Of a stretch of 64,000 nt of DNA, positions 9,460-22,702 are shown one piece after another. The stretch comes from an uncultured Myxococcales bacterium (lineage in GTDB: Bacteria; Myxococcota_A; UBA9042): the NCBI GenBank assembly GCA_903840165.1, contig CAIMEY010000089.1, positions 20,313-84,312 on the forward strand, written 5' to 3'. A program made the translations under genes and the position numbers. Within the stretch, counting starts at the first letter, position 1. The number at the start of each line of letters is the position of its first letter. The notes under the pieces are model-generated. The model made no database searches. It was not told where the DNA came from and saw only the letters and a list, made by a program, of their open reading frames with translations.

Positions 9460-10517
9460 AGCCCCACGGCGGCCAGGATCGCGGTGATCAAGTGGGCCCG
9501 CGCCGTCGCCCCGAGCAGTGCGTTATAGCGAAGCCCCGACTGCGGCTGACTTGCCGCACGGCGCAATTGCCAAGCCAAACGCAGCCATAGCGGCAAAGCC
9601 AGCAGAGGCAAGGCCAGCCACGCGAGGTGGGCCTGCACCGCGAGTGCCACGGGGCCAATGCTCGCAATCAGCGCCAGCAGGACGTACTCCGACCAGGCCA
9701 CGTTTGGGCCCCAGCGCACGGCCAGCGTCCTCTTGCCGACCAGCGTATCCGTAGCAATATCACGGAGATTATTGACAACCAGGATTGCCGTGCAACTCGC
9801 GCCAACGGGCAGAGACCAAAGCCATGCTTGCAGCGGCACGTGGCCCGTCTGCACAAAGTACGTGCCGACCACGGCGGCGATGCCGAAGAAGGCGAAAACG
9901 AATACATCGCCAAGCCCGTGATAGCCAAGCGGATACGGCCCGCCCGTGTACGCGATCCCAGCGGTAATGCTCGCCAATCCGAGCACGACGATCGGCCAAC
10001 CCGCCTGCGTCACCAGGACGACGCCACAGAGTGCGGCGGAGAAAAAAGCTAAGAACATCGCACGCTTCATCGCCTGCGGTGTCACTAGGCCGGCAGACGT
10101 CACGCGCAAAGGGCCCTGACGGTCGGCCGTATCGGCCCCCTTTTCATGGTCATAGACGTCGTTGGCGTAATTTGTACCAAGCTGAATGAAGCAGGCCCCC
10201 AAGAGCGCAAATAGCCACGGCCACAGGGAAAACGCTTGGTCATGCTTGGCCAACGCGCCGCCGACCAAGACCGGTGCCATTGCCGCTGTCATCGTCGCGG
10301 GCCGAGAGGCGAGGAGCCACAGCTTAGCGCGGGAGAACTGTTGGGCCGACGCTCCGACTCCAGCCAACTCCGCATGAGTACGGTCAAAATCGCCGTCAAG
10401 GTCGGGCGTGGCGCGGCTTGGCGGCGCGGCAGGCTGGGGCTCAGACACAAGGCGCTCCAACTGGGCAGAGGCGACGGAAAAATCCAGAACTTCACAGGAT
10501 TCTCGTGCGCGCGCCAC
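9447..10517 (-). CDS. menA: 1,4-dihydroxy-2-naphthoate polyprenyltransferase (UbiA family). The true start may lie downstream of the annotated Met.
   Basis: Multi-pass membrane protein with the UbiA-type motif NDVYDHEKGAD. Position is in the men operon. The ~60-aa N-terminal extension is non-membrane. The 3' end overlaps the next gene by 13 nt. Confidence 0.82.
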   Translation of the reverse strand: MARARESCEVLDFSVASAQLERLVSEPQPAAPPSRATPDLDGDFDRTHAELAGVGASAQQFSRAKLWLLASRPATMTAAMAPVLVGGALAKHDQAFSLWPWLFALLGACFIQLGTNYANDVYDHEKGADTADRQGPLRVTSAGLVTPQAMKRAMFLAFFSAALCGVVLVTQAGWPIVVLGLASITAGIAYTGGPYPLGYHGLGDVFVFAFFGIAAVVGTYFVQTGHVPLQAWLWSLPVGASCTAILVVNNLRDIATDTLVGKRTLAVRWGPNVAWSEYVLLALIASIGPVALAVQAHLAWLALPLLALPLWLRLAWQLRRAASQPQSGLRYNALLGATARAHLITAILAAVGLWLC

Positions 10518-10544
10518 AACTCACGGGATTCGCAGGGCCGACTA

Positions 10545-11390
10545 CTAGGGCACGCGCGAAAACTTCTTAAAATCCGGTGGCCTGCGCTCCAGATAGGCAT
10601 TGCGCCCCTCTTGGGCCTCTTGGGTCATGTAGAACAGCAACGTAGCATTGCCGGCTAGTTCTTGAACGCCGGCCTGACCGTCCACCGCCGCGTTGAAGCT
10701 CGACTTGAGGCAGCGCAAGGCAAGCGGTGAATGTTCCAAGATTTTTTGGCACCACGCCACCGTTTCCGCCTCCAACTGCGCGAGCGGCACAACGGTGTTG
10801 ACAAGGCCCATATCTAGGGCCTCTTGAGCGGAATATTGACGGCACAAGTACCAGATTTCTCGCGCTTTTTTCTGCCCAACGACGCTGGCCAAGTAGCCCG
10901 CGCCAAAGCCGCCATCAAAGCTGCCGACCTTGGGCCCCGTTTGCCCAAATACGGCGTTGTCGGCGGCAATGCTTAAGTCGCACACCAAGTGCAGGACGTG
11001 GCCGCCACCGACCGCGTAGCCCGCCACCATGGCGATCACGGGCTTGGGGAGGGTGCGGATATCCCTTTGAAGATCAAGGACATTTAGGCGCGGAACTTTG
11101 TCGCCGCCGACATAGCCCTGCTCGCCACGGACGCGCTGGTCGCCCCCGGAACAGAAGGCTTTGTCGCCGACGCCGGTGAGAATGATCACGCCCACGCTGG
11201 CGTCATCGCGCGCTTTGGCAAACGCATCAATGAGTTGCGCGGTTGTCTCGGGCCGAAAGGCGTTGCGCACTTCGGGACGGTTGATGCTGATCTTGGCGAT
11301 GCCATCCCAGGTTTCATACAAGATATCGCTGTATTCAGCGCTTTTGGTCCACAGAAATGGTGGTGTTGCGCTTGGCATTTTCGACTGCAT
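10545..11390 (-). CDS. menB: 1,4-dihydroxy-2-naphthoyl-CoA synthase (crotonase fold)
   Basis: 281 aa. [28 protein letters not shown] and GGDQRVRG...GYVG are typical of MenB, and the length matches. Confidence 0.93.
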   Translation of the reverse strand: MQSKMPSATPPFLWTKSAEYSDILYETWDGIAKISINRPEVRNAFRPETTAQLIDAFAKARDDASVGVIILTGVGDKAFCSGGDQRVRGEQGYVGGDKVPRLNVLDLQRDIRTLPKPVIAMVAGYAVGGGHVLHLVCDLSIAADNAVFGQTGPKVGSFDGGFGAGYLASVVGQKKAREIWYLCRQYSAQEALDMGLVNTVVPLAQLEAETVAWCQKILEHSPLALRCLKSSFNAAVDGQAGVQELAGNATLLFYMTQEAQEGRNAYLERRPPDFKKFSRVP

Positions 11391-11743
11391 AGCTGGCCTT
11401 CAAGTTCATGTAAATTACGACGTTTTTCAGGCCCGCGGGGCCAACTTCCCTGCGGCACAAGGCCAACGCCAAGTTTCACCGCCCACTGACAACTAGTACC
11501 TCAGACCCGAAGTTCCTTCCGGGTTAGGGGTACAGTGTTTGCATCTAGTTTCACGGGCCCGCGGACTCTCCCTTCGTTGGGCCGTGTCCCCGACCGAAAG
11601 CGCACAAAACCCTGTGCTTTCCGGGAGCCCGCAAAGCACTTAGCGTACTTGGACTAGGCTAACGCAGCGTCAGGCCGATTGACAACCGCTACGGGTGCAC
11701 CACCTATTTTGGCTAGGTTTTCGCGTGCGCAATCAGCGGGAGG

Positions 11744-12091
11744 TCAATCACCATCGTCATCGTCGCCGCCACCACCTTGACCATCAAGGCCAGATTGCGT
11801 GCCGGTGGGACCCGAGGAATTCTCTTCCGGCGGGCTCGGTTCCGTGACCTTTTCTTCTTCTGCAGCGGCCGCAGCTGGGGCGACAGAACCGCCACTCGGA
11901 GCGGGCGCAGCGCCTTGCGGGACTTGCCGGCCCGTGTAATACGCGTACGGGGAAGGCGGTGGGTAGTCGTCCTGCACCTGACCAGCGGCGCTACCGCAGC
12001 CACCCGCGCACAACGCGACAAGCCAAAGCGTCGATTTTTTCAGGTATTGCACGCTGTTTGCGGATTGCTGATGCATCGAATGTACTTCCAT
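11744..12091 (-). CDS. Small secreted acidic Pro/Ala-rich lipoprotein of unknown function. An alternative start is at 12076.
   Basis: The signal peptide plus lipobox-like LVALCAGGC is followed by low-complexity sequence and a poly-Asp tail. The gene is divergent from the HupE-like gene. Confidence 0.5.
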   Translation of the reverse strand: MEVHSMHQQSANSVQYLKKSTLWLVALCAGGCGSAAGQVQDDYPPPSPYAYYTGRQVPQGAAPAPSGGSVAPAAAAAEEEKVTEPSPPEENSSGPTGTQSGLDGQGGGGDDDDGD

Positions 12092-12133
12092 TGGGCCTGC
12101 CTTGCAGATTGGTGCCGCACGCGCCCGGTGTCA

Positions 12134-13336
12134 ATGGTGGTTAGCGCCATCATCGCGTCATTGGTCGCGACAACGCTTTTCATCTCAGGTACTTGGGCAC
12201 ACCCCATCGACGAAGTTCAGGGTGAAGCCGCCCTCAATATGCAGCAAGGCGCGGACGGCCAATTTGACGTCGCGATCACACTGACTCCCGGATTCGTCCG
12301 CAACTACACGTCCAAACACCTTCAATCGACAACGGAAACCAGCGCGCCCGACCTCATCTACGGTGCCGTGGCCCATGCCTTCGCCTTTGAGCCCTGCAAA
12401 GTACAGACGCTCGAAGGCAGCGATCGGTTCGCGCCCGTCACCGCGGGAGGTCTTTCCCTGCGCTTTCGGCTGATCTGCCCAACACCGTTGCTGAATTTGG
12501 AGATTCGCCGCCTAGGCTACAAGCAGTCCGATACCCGAACGACGCTGTACGTTCAGTTGGCGCGTAACCATGGTGAACCGCTCGCATTTCTTCTTCCGCC
12601 TCGCCTTGCGTCTCTGAGCATCGACCTGCAGACGGAGGCCATGCAACCTGGCGAAACAATTCGTGGACGAGTGATTCACGACACGAGCCCGGGTGCCCTG
12701 CCCTCGGACAACCAGAAGCTGTCGCACTTTCCGCAGTCGGCTGGCACTGTGCCGTGGTACCAGCCACCGCCAACCATGCTGATTTATTCCTGGTTTGAGG
12801 AGGGCGCCCACCATTTGCTGGTCGGCTGGGACCACTTGCTCTTTTTGCTGACCTTGGTGCTTGCTGCTCGTCGACTTTCGGCGTTACTAGGCGCGGTGAC
12901 AGGGTTTTCCATTGGTCACCTCAGCAGCATGACCCTGGCCTTGTGCCTGCACCTCCCGGCCCCCGCCTGGCTCGACGTTCTGATCGGCGCGACTATCGCT
13001 GTTTCGGCGCTGAGGGCGAGGCTGCCTCGGCGTGATTCCGCGTGGAAGCTTGCGGCAATCGCCTGTGGTTTCGGACTCATCCACGGCATCGGCTTTGGTG
13101 CCGGCCTGCAGGCGCTGACCGCGGGCGTCGACCGATTGGCTTGGCCGTTGCTGAGCTTTGGCCTTGGCCTGGACTTGGCACAAACAGCCTGGATTACGAT
13201 GGGTTGGCTGGCTCTGAGCCTACTGCACCATGCGCAGATAGCCCAAGAGGCGACGGTCCAGCGACGGCTAGCCTACGGCCTAGCTACAGCGGGGGCGGGC
13301 GCGGGGATTTGGGCAGCGGTGGCTGGGCCCATCTGA
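12134..13336 (+). CDS. HupE/UreJ-family membrane protein with an N-terminal periplasmic domain
   Basis: The C-terminal half carries GAHHLLVGWDHLLFLLTLVL plus 5-6 TM helices, the HupE_UreJ_2 signature. The start is trimmed to the in-frame ATG at 12134 (MVVSAIIASLVATTLF, signal-like), because the track ORF beginning at 11777 overlaps the divergent lipoprotein gene. Confidence 0.65.
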   Translation: MVVSAIIASLVATTLFISGTWAHPIDEVQGEAALNMQQGADGQFDVAITLTPGFVRNYTSKHLQSTTETSAPDLIYGAVAHAFAFEPCKVQTLEGSDRFAPVTAGGLSLRFRLICPTPLLNLEIRRLGYKQSDTRTTLYVQLARNHGEPLAFLLPPRLASLSIDLQTEAMQPGETIRGRVIHDTSPGALPSDNQKLSHFPQSAGTVPWYQPPPTMLIYSWFEEGAHHLLVGWDHLLFLLTLVLAARRLSALLGAVTGFSIGHLSSMTLALCLHLPAPAWLDVLIGATIAVSALRARLPRRDSAWKLAAIACGFGLIHGIGFGAGLQALTAGVDRLAWPLLSFGLGLDLAQTAWITMGWLALSLLHHAQIAQEATVQRRLAYGLATAGAGAGIWAAVAGPI

Positions 13337-13360
13337 TCGCGAAATTACAGCGAATTTTCC

Positions 13361-13395
13361 TTGTATAGCAAGCCTTTAACTGCTTGTTCCTCAAG
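13361..13395 (+). repeat. TTGTATAGCAAG motif copy plus hairpin in a convergent intergenic region
   Basis: Exact 11-mer at 13362-13372, with a CTTG-TTCCT-CAAG hairpin at 13383-13395. Confidence 0.75.
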
Positions 13396-13443
13396 GAATT
13401 AATCCGAAGCCCCTTGATTTCCCTCAGCAATTCCGCTACCTGA

Positions 13444-13995
13444 TCAGCGCTGCCGGCTAACCGCATGTGCCGCCACGTAAATCCGCGCTGCTGCCTCTGC
13501 GTCTGATCCGGCTTCATGGTGTTGCAGGCGGATGCCAAGGTGCCGAGCTACGGCGTCCAGCCGATTGCTGGGCAAAGACCATGCCTTACGCGCAATTTGC
13601 ACCGTGCAGCGAAAGGCCTGCGCCGGTCGTTCCAGACCAGCAGCGTCCAGGCATGCGTGCAACACCCGACGATCAAAGGCTGCATTGTGCGCCACAAGAC
13701 ATTCAACGCCGTCGATGATGCTGCCGACTTGCTGCCACACCTCCGCAAACGTCGGCTCGGAGCGAACCATCGCCCACGTAATGCCATGAATTTCCGTAAA
13801 TTGAACCCGTGGTCGCGGCGGCCGAATGAGGCGAGTCGCCCTGGCCACGATCTGCCCGCCTTCCATCCGCACAAGGCCAATGGCACAAGCGCTGTCCGGC
13901 AGGGTATCGGCCGTTTCAAAGTCGACCGCCACAAACGGCGGCAGAATGTCGACATCCGGCAGCGGCCAGGATTTAGTTGCCATCAGCCGCTCCAA
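13444..13995 (-). CDS. DEDDh 3'-5' exonuclease (DnaQ / Pol III epsilon-like, stand-alone)
   Basis: Exo motifs: VAVDFETAD (ExoI), LVAHNAAFDRRVL (ExoII), HHEAGSDAEAAARI (ExoIII, H-x4-D). Confidence 0.8.
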   Translation of the reverse strand: MERLMATKSWPLPDVDILPPFVAVDFETADTLPDSACAIGLVRMEGGQIVARATRLIRPPRPRVQFTEIHGITWAMVRSEPTFAEVWQQVGSIIDGVECLVAHNAAFDRRVLHACLDAAGLERPAQAFRCTVQIARKAWSLPSNRLDAVARHLGIRLQHHEAGSDAEAAARIYVAAHAVSRQR

Positions 13996-14052
13996 ATGCC
14001 GGTATTTACGCCGGATATCAGGTCATTGTTGCTGCGTCGCCCAGAGCATTCT

Positions 14053-16740
<2,688 letters not shown>

Positions 16741-17079
16741 GGAGCCTCATCGCCCGTTGCGCGCCCGGTTGGGGCGAAGCGAGCTCTGCAAAATCGGGAC
16801 CGCCCGGGCTAGTCTTGGCGAACCTAGCGCAGCGCAACGCAAATCGCTTGCCCTGGAGATGCGGCTGTCTGGTCGCGTCCAGGGGCAGTTGCGGGGGCGA
16901 GAGTGTACGGCAAACAAAGCGCCACGTCAACGCCATGCGCTCAAGGGAACCCATGGATTTTCAAGGCAGAACCCAAGCTGAGCACTGGGCCGGCACGGCT
17001 CAGGGCCGAACTCACTCTGGCGAAGACGTCGCCCCTGGCGTTTCCTATGCATTTCTAAGGAGATACCTGGCGTCTATTC

Positions 17080-18411
17080 TCAGGTCCCTGCGACCATGAC
17101 CTTGTCGAACACTAAGGACGGCGTGCGCATCGACGAATACGGATAGGGGTCGTTGCCCACGGCCACCAAACGCGGCCAGAACTGCAGGTGATTGTCGGCG
17201 ATATTGGCCTCGGCCACAGGCTCAGCGAGCTTGCCGTTGCGAATGGCAAACCCTTGTACGCCCAGGGAAAAATCACCGGTCGTCGCGTTGGAATTGCCGC
17301 CGAGAAAACCGGTCACGTAGAGCCCCTCGCCCGCCTGGGCAATGAGGCCCATCGCGTCCAAAGAACCCAACTGCCAGGCTAGGTTACTCGAACCTGAGGT
17401 CGTCGGCGGCACGCCCAGCTTGCGACCGTAGTAGGTATCGATGAAGAACATGGACAATCGACCTTGGTCCAAGATAACGCGGGGTTTGGCCTCAATTCCT
17501 TCAGAGTCGACCAAGCGCGAACCGAAACCGCGTTTCACAAAGGGGTCGTCTTGCACATGCAGCAGCGGTGAGCCGATCGATTGTCCGAGTTTTTCCCCTA
17601 AAAACGTGCGCTTTTGCTGCAATGCCGCGCCAGACATGGGCCCCATCAGGTAGGCGAGCAGGCGGCCGCTGGCCCGCTGATCGACGACCAAGGTTTGCAC
17701 CGCAGACGCCGGCTTGACGCTGCCCAGACGCCCGAGGGCCCTCTCCACGGCCAGTTGACCGACACTGATGGCTTGGGGCAATTGGTTGAAAAATCGGCTA
17801 CCTGCGTAAGCCGCTTCCTCCGGGCGACGGCCATCGACGTCCTGCACGCTGACATCGGCGCCCAGCCAGTAGGAAGTTCCGCGGCGCGCAGCCGAAAAGC
17901 CATTGGAATGCACACGCCAAGACTCGTCGATGCTGTCCGACACACTGGTCGTCACCGACAGAATCGCGCCGTTGCTGTCGCCCTTTCGCGCAGATTGCTC
18001 CAGTATTTCAGCAAGTTCTCGACGCTCAAGCGCCGTAACCTGGGCGTAGTCGGGATCTTCCAGTTCCAGGTCTATCGGGGCCGGCTCACTGCGGCGAGCC
18101 CATTGTGGATAGCTTTGCGGATCGGGCAGCTGGCGGAACGGGTCGGCGGCAATGGTTCGCGTCAGGGCCACCGCGTCCTGAAGAAAGCGGTCCAGGGCCT
18201 CGTCGCGCATGTCGCAGGTCGATACCGAGGCGAAGCGGCCATCGACGTAGAGGTCCACGCCCAAGCCGCGGCTGGTCGCCTCGATGACTTTCTCCATCTG
18301 GCCATCGCGCCATTGGATGGAGACTTCACGACTGCGGTACACCCCGGCGGCGGCTTGCTGAGCCCCGAGTTGGCGAGCGCGTTCAACGGCACGGGCAGCG
18401 ATTTGCAACAT
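17080..18411 (-). CDS. pmbA: PmbA/TldE-family metalloprotease partner
   Basis: 443 aa, with TldD/PmbA family features along its length and the GGNSNATTGDFS motif. It lies directly downstream of tldD. Confidence 0.85.
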   Translation of the reverse strand: MLQIAARAVERARQLGAQQAAAGVYRSREVSIQWRDGQMEKVIEATSRGLGVDLYVDGRFASVSTCDMRDEALDRFLQDAVALTRTIAADPFRQLPDPQSYPQWARRSEPAPIDLELEDPDYAQVTALERRELAEILEQSARKGDSNGAILSVTTSVSDSIDESWRVHSNGFSAARRGTSYWLGADVSVQDVDGRRPEEAAYAGSRFFNQLPQAISVGQLAVERALGRLGSVKPASAVQTLVVDQRASGRLLAYLMGPMSGAALQQKRTFLGEKLGQSIGSPLLHVQDDPFVKRGFGSRLVDSEGIEAKPRVILDQGRLSMFFIDTYYGRKLGVPPTTSGSSNLAWQLGSLDAMGLIAQAGEGLYVTGFLGGNSNATTGDFSLGVQGFAIRNGKLAEPVAEANIADNHLQFWPRLVAVGNDPYPYSSMRTPSLVFDKVMVAGT

Positions 18412-18440
18412 ATTGATACTCCAGGAAAAATCGGCGGCGC

Positions 18441-19901
18441 TTAACCGCGTCCACCCACCGTCATGGCGGCAACACGCACAGTCGGCATGCCTTGGGACAC
18501 GGGCACGGATTGTCCATCCTTGCCACAGGTCCAGCCTCCCTGGTCGATCACCAAATCGTCGGCCACCATGTCTACTTTTTCCAGTACTTTTGGGCCATTA
18601 CCGATTAGGTTCACGTCCTTGACCGGCCGCGTCAGCTTGCCGTCCTCGATGAGCCAACCGTTCTTGACATAAAACGAGAAATCGCCAGCGCCAATCTGCA
18701 CTTGGCCGTTGGCAAAGTTGGTGCAGTAAATGCCCTTCTTCACCGACGCAATGATTTCATCGTGTTTATGCGGACCTGCCAGCATGTACGTCGCCCGCAT
18801 CCGCGGCATCGGCACGTGGCGAAAGCTCTCGCGCCGACCGTTGCCTGTGGGCTGCACGCCGTAATGCCGGGCGCTCATGCTATCATGCAAGTAGCTCTGA
18901 AGTATGCCTTTTTCCACGAGCGTGGTGCATCCCGCGGCATTGCCTTCATCATCGACGTCGATCGAGCCGCGTGCGTGATCCAAGGTCGCGTCATCGACGA
19001 TGGTTACCAAATCACTGGCAATAGCTTTACCCATCTTGTCCGAGTAGATGCTGACCTTCTTGCGGTTAAAATCCGCCTCGAGGCCATGGCCGATGGCTTC
19101 GTGCAGCAAAATCCCTGAAGATCCAGCGGCTAAGACGACCGGCATTTCACCCACAGGCGCTGGCACCGCGTCAAACAGTTGCATCGTCCGGGCCACGGCT
19201 TGACCGACCATGTACTGCAGGCGCTCGGCCGTGTACCAGTCAAAGCCTTGTCGTCCCGCGAGGTTAAAGCCATTAGATTCGCGGCGACCGTCCTGCTCGG
19301 CCACGCAGGACAGCGACAGCACCGTCATCGGTTGCAGGTCAAAGGCGATGCGCCCTTGACTATCGGCGACGAGAAAGGCGCTCGACGAATCGGCAAAGTG
19401 CACGGAAACTTTCTGAATTCGCGGGTCGGCTGCCAGGGTATCGATGCTCAAACGCTGCAATACCGGCAACTTTTCTCCCGGATGGACGTCCGACCAGGGC
19501 CTGGCAATCGGGTAGCGGGATGGCACGATATCTGCTGAAAATGCTTGCGGAAAATCCCGAGCTGGTCCGTCAGCAACGGCCGCTGCGGTCAGGGCTGCGC
19601 GCCGCACGGCTTGGGGCGACAAGTCTTCGGTGTAGCCATAGCCCGTCTGATCGCCGCGCACTACCCGAATACCTACGCCAAGTTCCACGCCCGTGTAGGC
19701 GCGATTGACCTCGCCATCTTCTAGCCCGAGCGAGTTGGCCTGCCCATATTGAAAGAACAGGTCCGCAAACTCGCCACCGCGCGACAACGCTGCCTGCAGG
19801 CCAGTGCGAATCAGTGCCTCGTCAATGCCGAACTGACCAAAATAGGCTAGTCCTTCTAAATGGTTGTCTGCCACGAGCCCACCCTTTGTGCGGCAAAGCA
19901 C
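18441..19901 (-). CDS. tldD: TldD metalloprotease
   Basis: 486 aa. Contains the HEAIGHGLEAD zinc motif, and the C-terminal GNGRRESF...GAGDFSF is typical of TldD. Confidence 0.9.
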   Translation of the reverse strand: MLCRTKGGLVADNHLEGLAYFGQFGIDEALIRTGLQAALSRGGEFADLFFQYGQANSLGLEDGEVNRAYTGVELGVGIRVVRGDQTGYGYTEDLSPQAVRRAALTAAAVADGPARDFPQAFSADIVPSRYPIARPWSDVHPGEKLPVLQRLSIDTLAADPRIQKVSVHFADSSSAFLVADSQGRIAFDLQPMTVLSLSCVAEQDGRRESNGFNLAGRQGFDWYTAERLQYMVGQAVARTMQLFDAVPAPVGEMPVVLAAGSSGILLHEAIGHGLEADFNRKKVSIYSDKMGKAIASDLVTIVDDATLDHARGSIDVDDEGNAAGCTTLVEKGILQSYLHDSMSARHYGVQPTGNGRRESFRHVPMPRMRATYMLAGPHKHDEIIASVKKGIYCTNFANGQVQIGAGDFSFYVKNGWLIEDGKLTRPVKDVNLIGNGPKVLEKVDMVADDLVIDQGGWTCGKDGQSVPVSQGMPTVRVAAMTVGGRG

Positions 19902-20099
19902 CGCCGATTGCTTGCACCCTTGGCGGTCCGTGGCTGATCAGCCAACGTCCACGCCGTGTCGCTTGCCGGCCAAGGTCCCACCTGGCCCGCAGGTCCGGGG
20001 CGGCGAGCGCTGGTCGCTACTGCAGGATCCCTTTGAAAATACACCGTTTGCTTGCATTCATCCGCAGCAACGGCTGGGCACAGTTCTCCCCGGGGACCG

Positions 20100-21707
20100 T
20101 CAGTGACCGAGCGTCTTGTCGAGGTTGTCCAAGACGCCACTGACGCACTCCTTTTCCGAATTGGCTAAGCCCGTCGCCGCTGCCCGCGCATCCTGCAAGG
20201 CTTGGGCACGCGCCGGACCGCCGGGCAGGCCTTGATCAAACAATTCAGAGAGAACGGCCACGCCGTCTCCCTTGCTGCAGCGTACCGAGGCCGCCTGCGC
20301 CAAACAGCGCTGACCAAAGGGCTGGCCGGCAAAGAAGCGCAAGACGCCTTGATTACCAAGCAAATCTGCGTGCTTGGTAATGAGACCGCAGTCCCCGGCC
20401 GGCGTGCGCGCGATCTCGCCGCCCAGCCACCGCGCTTGGAACAAGTCGGCACTGTTTCGGTCGGCAAAGATCCAGTTGCCGGAACTGCCATCGGCCTTAA
20501 ACAGCTGCGATTGATACGTTTTTTCGCATACTTGCTTGCGACGTTGACCGTCATCGCCGCCGACGCCTGCATCCACAGCGACCGCGCCCCATTTGGCGTC
20601 GATCGCTTGGCGGCACGTATCCAGACTAAACGCCTGTGAAGACGCACTCTTGTTGATGATCTGCACGCGAATCAGGCGATCGACCATGTCCAGCGCCTCA
20701 GCGCCAGTCCACGACAAGTACACGAATTCCTTTTGCAATCGCGCAGCCAGAAGGGCCTCATAGACGGTCGACCAACTCGCCTTCTGCTTGATGTCTGTGG
20801 GACTGGCGCCATCGCTGGTCTTGGAGGCGGTCAGTGGATTGGCTTTCTCGAAGCTTACCAAGGTGTTGAGGTCACGGTACGTCGCCAAGTACGGATAGAC
20901 GCACTGCACGCCGAACTGGGCCTTCTCATCGAGCCCGTAATTCTTGGCGAATTGCTGAAAGCGGGCGCGATCGGCATCAGAACTCAGTTGGCGGGCGACA
21001 AAGGCGTCTGCCACTTTGCACTCGATGGGCGGAATCTCTAACAGCGCGTCCGCCTTGGTAAATCCATAGTCTGTGTCGAGTACGGGCGGCCGCGCCAGCA
21101 GCACCAGTTGCACCTTGGGGTACTGGGCCTGCAGGGCATCGACCTCCTGCAACACGGCTTGGCGCTTAGTAAAATCGACTTCTTCGATGGAATCAAAGAA
21201 GAAGATGCCGCGCTGTTCGGTCAGCGCCTGCGTCAGCGTCGCCGAGGACACCCCCATTTCCTTGCCCACCAAGGTCAGGATCGGACTGGGGCCCGTCAGA
21301 CCAGCAGCCACGTCCTTGAGATCGACAAAAAACGTTGGAATTGTTCCGCAAAGCTGCGCACGCAAGGAATCGCCGATCCGCGATTTGCCCAGGCCACCGC
21401 GGGAAATGATCAGCAGGCGCTTGACTTCCGAGCTATCCAGAGCTGCTGCAAGTCGTGATTCTGAAACGGATGTCTCAGCCGCGACCGGCCAACTGTGCGC
21501 GTAGAGTACCGCCGGGTTGTAAGCACCTTGATCCAGGTCCTTGCCCTGCTTGGCCGCATGTTCAGCGCATAATGCTGTATATTTGCTGACTTTTGCGTCC
21601 GCCAGCGCGCCGTTGATGCCCCCTGTGGCACCGCCGCAGCCTAGCGGAAGAGTCGCAAGGGAGGTCCAAGTCAAGAGTATTGTCGCTGATTTCAAAGTAT
21701 TTTTCAT
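20100..21707 (-). CDS. Predicted lipoprotein carrying a NACHT/STAND-like P-loop NTPase core; function unknown
   Basis: The N-terminus MKNTLKSATILLTWTSLATLPLGCGG is a signal peptide plus lipobox. It has a Walker A-like LLIISRGGLGKSR and a Walker B-like GIFFFDSIEEV (pattern hhhDxhDE). Cys residues are scattered throughout. Confidence 0.6.
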   Translation of the reverse strand: MKNTLKSATILLTWTSLATLPLGCGGATGGINGALADAKVSKYTALCAEHAAKQGKDLDQGAYNPAVLYAHSWPVAAETSVSESRLAAALDSSEVKRLLIISRGGLGKSRIGDSLRAQLCGTIPTFFVDLKDVAAGLTGPSPILTLVGKEMGVSSATLTQALTEQRGIFFFDSIEEVDFTKRQAVLQEVDALQAQYPKVQLVLLARPPVLDTDYGFTKADALLEIPPIECKVADAFVARQLSSDADRARFQQFAKNYGLDEKAQFGVQCVYPYLATYRDLNTLVSFEKANPLTASKTSDGASPTDIKQKASWSTVYEALLAARLQKEFVYLSWTGAEALDMVDRLIRVQIINKSASSQAFSLDTCRQAIDAKWGAVAVDAGVGGDDGQRRKQVCEKTYQSQLFKADGSSGNWIFADRNSADLFQARWLGGEIARTPAGDCGLITKHADLLGNQGVLRFFAGQPFGQRCLAQAASVRCSKGDGVAVLSELFDQGLPGGPARAQALQDARAAATGLANSEKECVSGVLDNLDKTLGH

Positions 21708-21827
21708 GTCTCGCCTCCGCGGCCCGCACCCAACTGGCCGCCATTACAACACCGCAACCTTGTAGCCAATGCCCGACCGAGACGCAACCATGCCTCAGGC
21801 CCACACCGACACAACTCGCGAAAATAG

Positions 21828-22682
21828 CTACCGAATCGTCTCTGTCGGCCCATAAACAAAGGCCATTTCCGTCACGCGCCCTTGTCCGGGCTCCTGGGGC
21901 CAAAAACACAATCGTCGCAGCGTAGCCTTGCCCTCCGGCACGGGGTCGGGCACGGCGTAAGTGCAACAATGGTCAAGACATGTGGGCTCGCCAGGCACCA
22001 GCAGCGGCGTACCATGCGCGTCCGAGTGCTGCGTGTCAAAGCGAACGGCCACCTTGGCAGCCAGCGCTAGGCCGATCAATGGCCGACGCGTCTCGTTGCG
22101 TGCTGCCAAGTTCGCGCAATTCGGGCAAACGCGGACGAGATCGAAACTGACCTTGGGGTCGACAAATGAGTTTAGCTGCACCATGTCCGTGTTTTGCAAG
22201 GCTTTGGCCAACAGTGCACTCCAGCGCGCGTAAGGCAAAGGCGCCGCCGGCACGGGATCGAGGAGGGCCTGCCCTTGGGCCGTGTCGCGCAGATGGGCAA
22301 ACGCCGTGTCGCGTTTGACGTTTTGCAGAAGCTCAAGACAGACGCCGCTGCTCTTGAGCAGTTCGCCACAAGGTTGGAGCAGCTTGAGCGCCACCGACGA
22401 TCGCCCCGCTTTGGCGAACAGCCGCGCCAGCGCCAATCGCGCCTGTGGATTGCTCGGGTCCTGTGTGAGGGCCTGGGTCAAAAGGCCAATCGCTTTGCCG
22501 GGATCCGGCGCTGCCTCAAGAGAGGTCGCCTGCGCCGAGAGGTCCACCGCCAGTTGACGCTGCCCCGGACTGGGCCGCTGCGCCGAGTAGGTGGGCACCG
22601 ACGTTGGAATGGCCAAGGTTGCATTGGGGTCATCGAGGGCAGGCCGACACGCGACCAGTGCCAGAGACAACACGAGAATCAT
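21828..22682 (-). CDS. TPR-containing lipoprotein with a Cys-rich C-terminal domain
   Basis: An internal Met gives MILVLSLALVAC (lipobox). TPR-like segment: AIGLLTQALTQDPSNPQARLALARLFAKAG. The track ORF start at 22745 would overlap the upstream porin gene. Confidence 0.55.
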   Translation of the reverse strand: MILVLSLALVACRPALDDPNATLAIPTSVPTYSAQRPSPGQRQLAVDLSAQATSLEAAPDPGKAIGLLTQALTQDPSNPQARLALARLFAKAGRSSVALKLLQPCGELLKSSGVCLELLQNVKRDTAFAHLRDTAQGQALLDPVPAAPLPYARWSALLAKALQNTDMVQLNSFVDPKVSFDLVRVCPNCANLAARNETRRPLIGLALAAKVAVRFDTQHSDAHGTPLLVPGEPTCLDHCCTYAVPDPVPEGKATLRRLCFWPQEPGQGRVTEMAFVYGPTETIR

Positions 22683-22702
22683 CTTTGCTTTCAATGCTTT
22701 TC

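Noticed and set aside
11490-11530. CCGGAAGGAAC-containing hairpin (minus strand) reminiscent of the SRP RNA domain IV
   Set aside because: Only a short GGAAGGAA-like similarity. The flanking conserved SRP helices are absent. It is treated as a generic leader hairpin.
11777-12133. The 5' 119 codons of the track ORF 11777-13336
   Set aside because: They overlap the oppositely oriented lipoprotein gene and translate to Arg-rich low-complexity sequence. A signal-peptide-like start at 12134 fits the HupE/UreJ family better.
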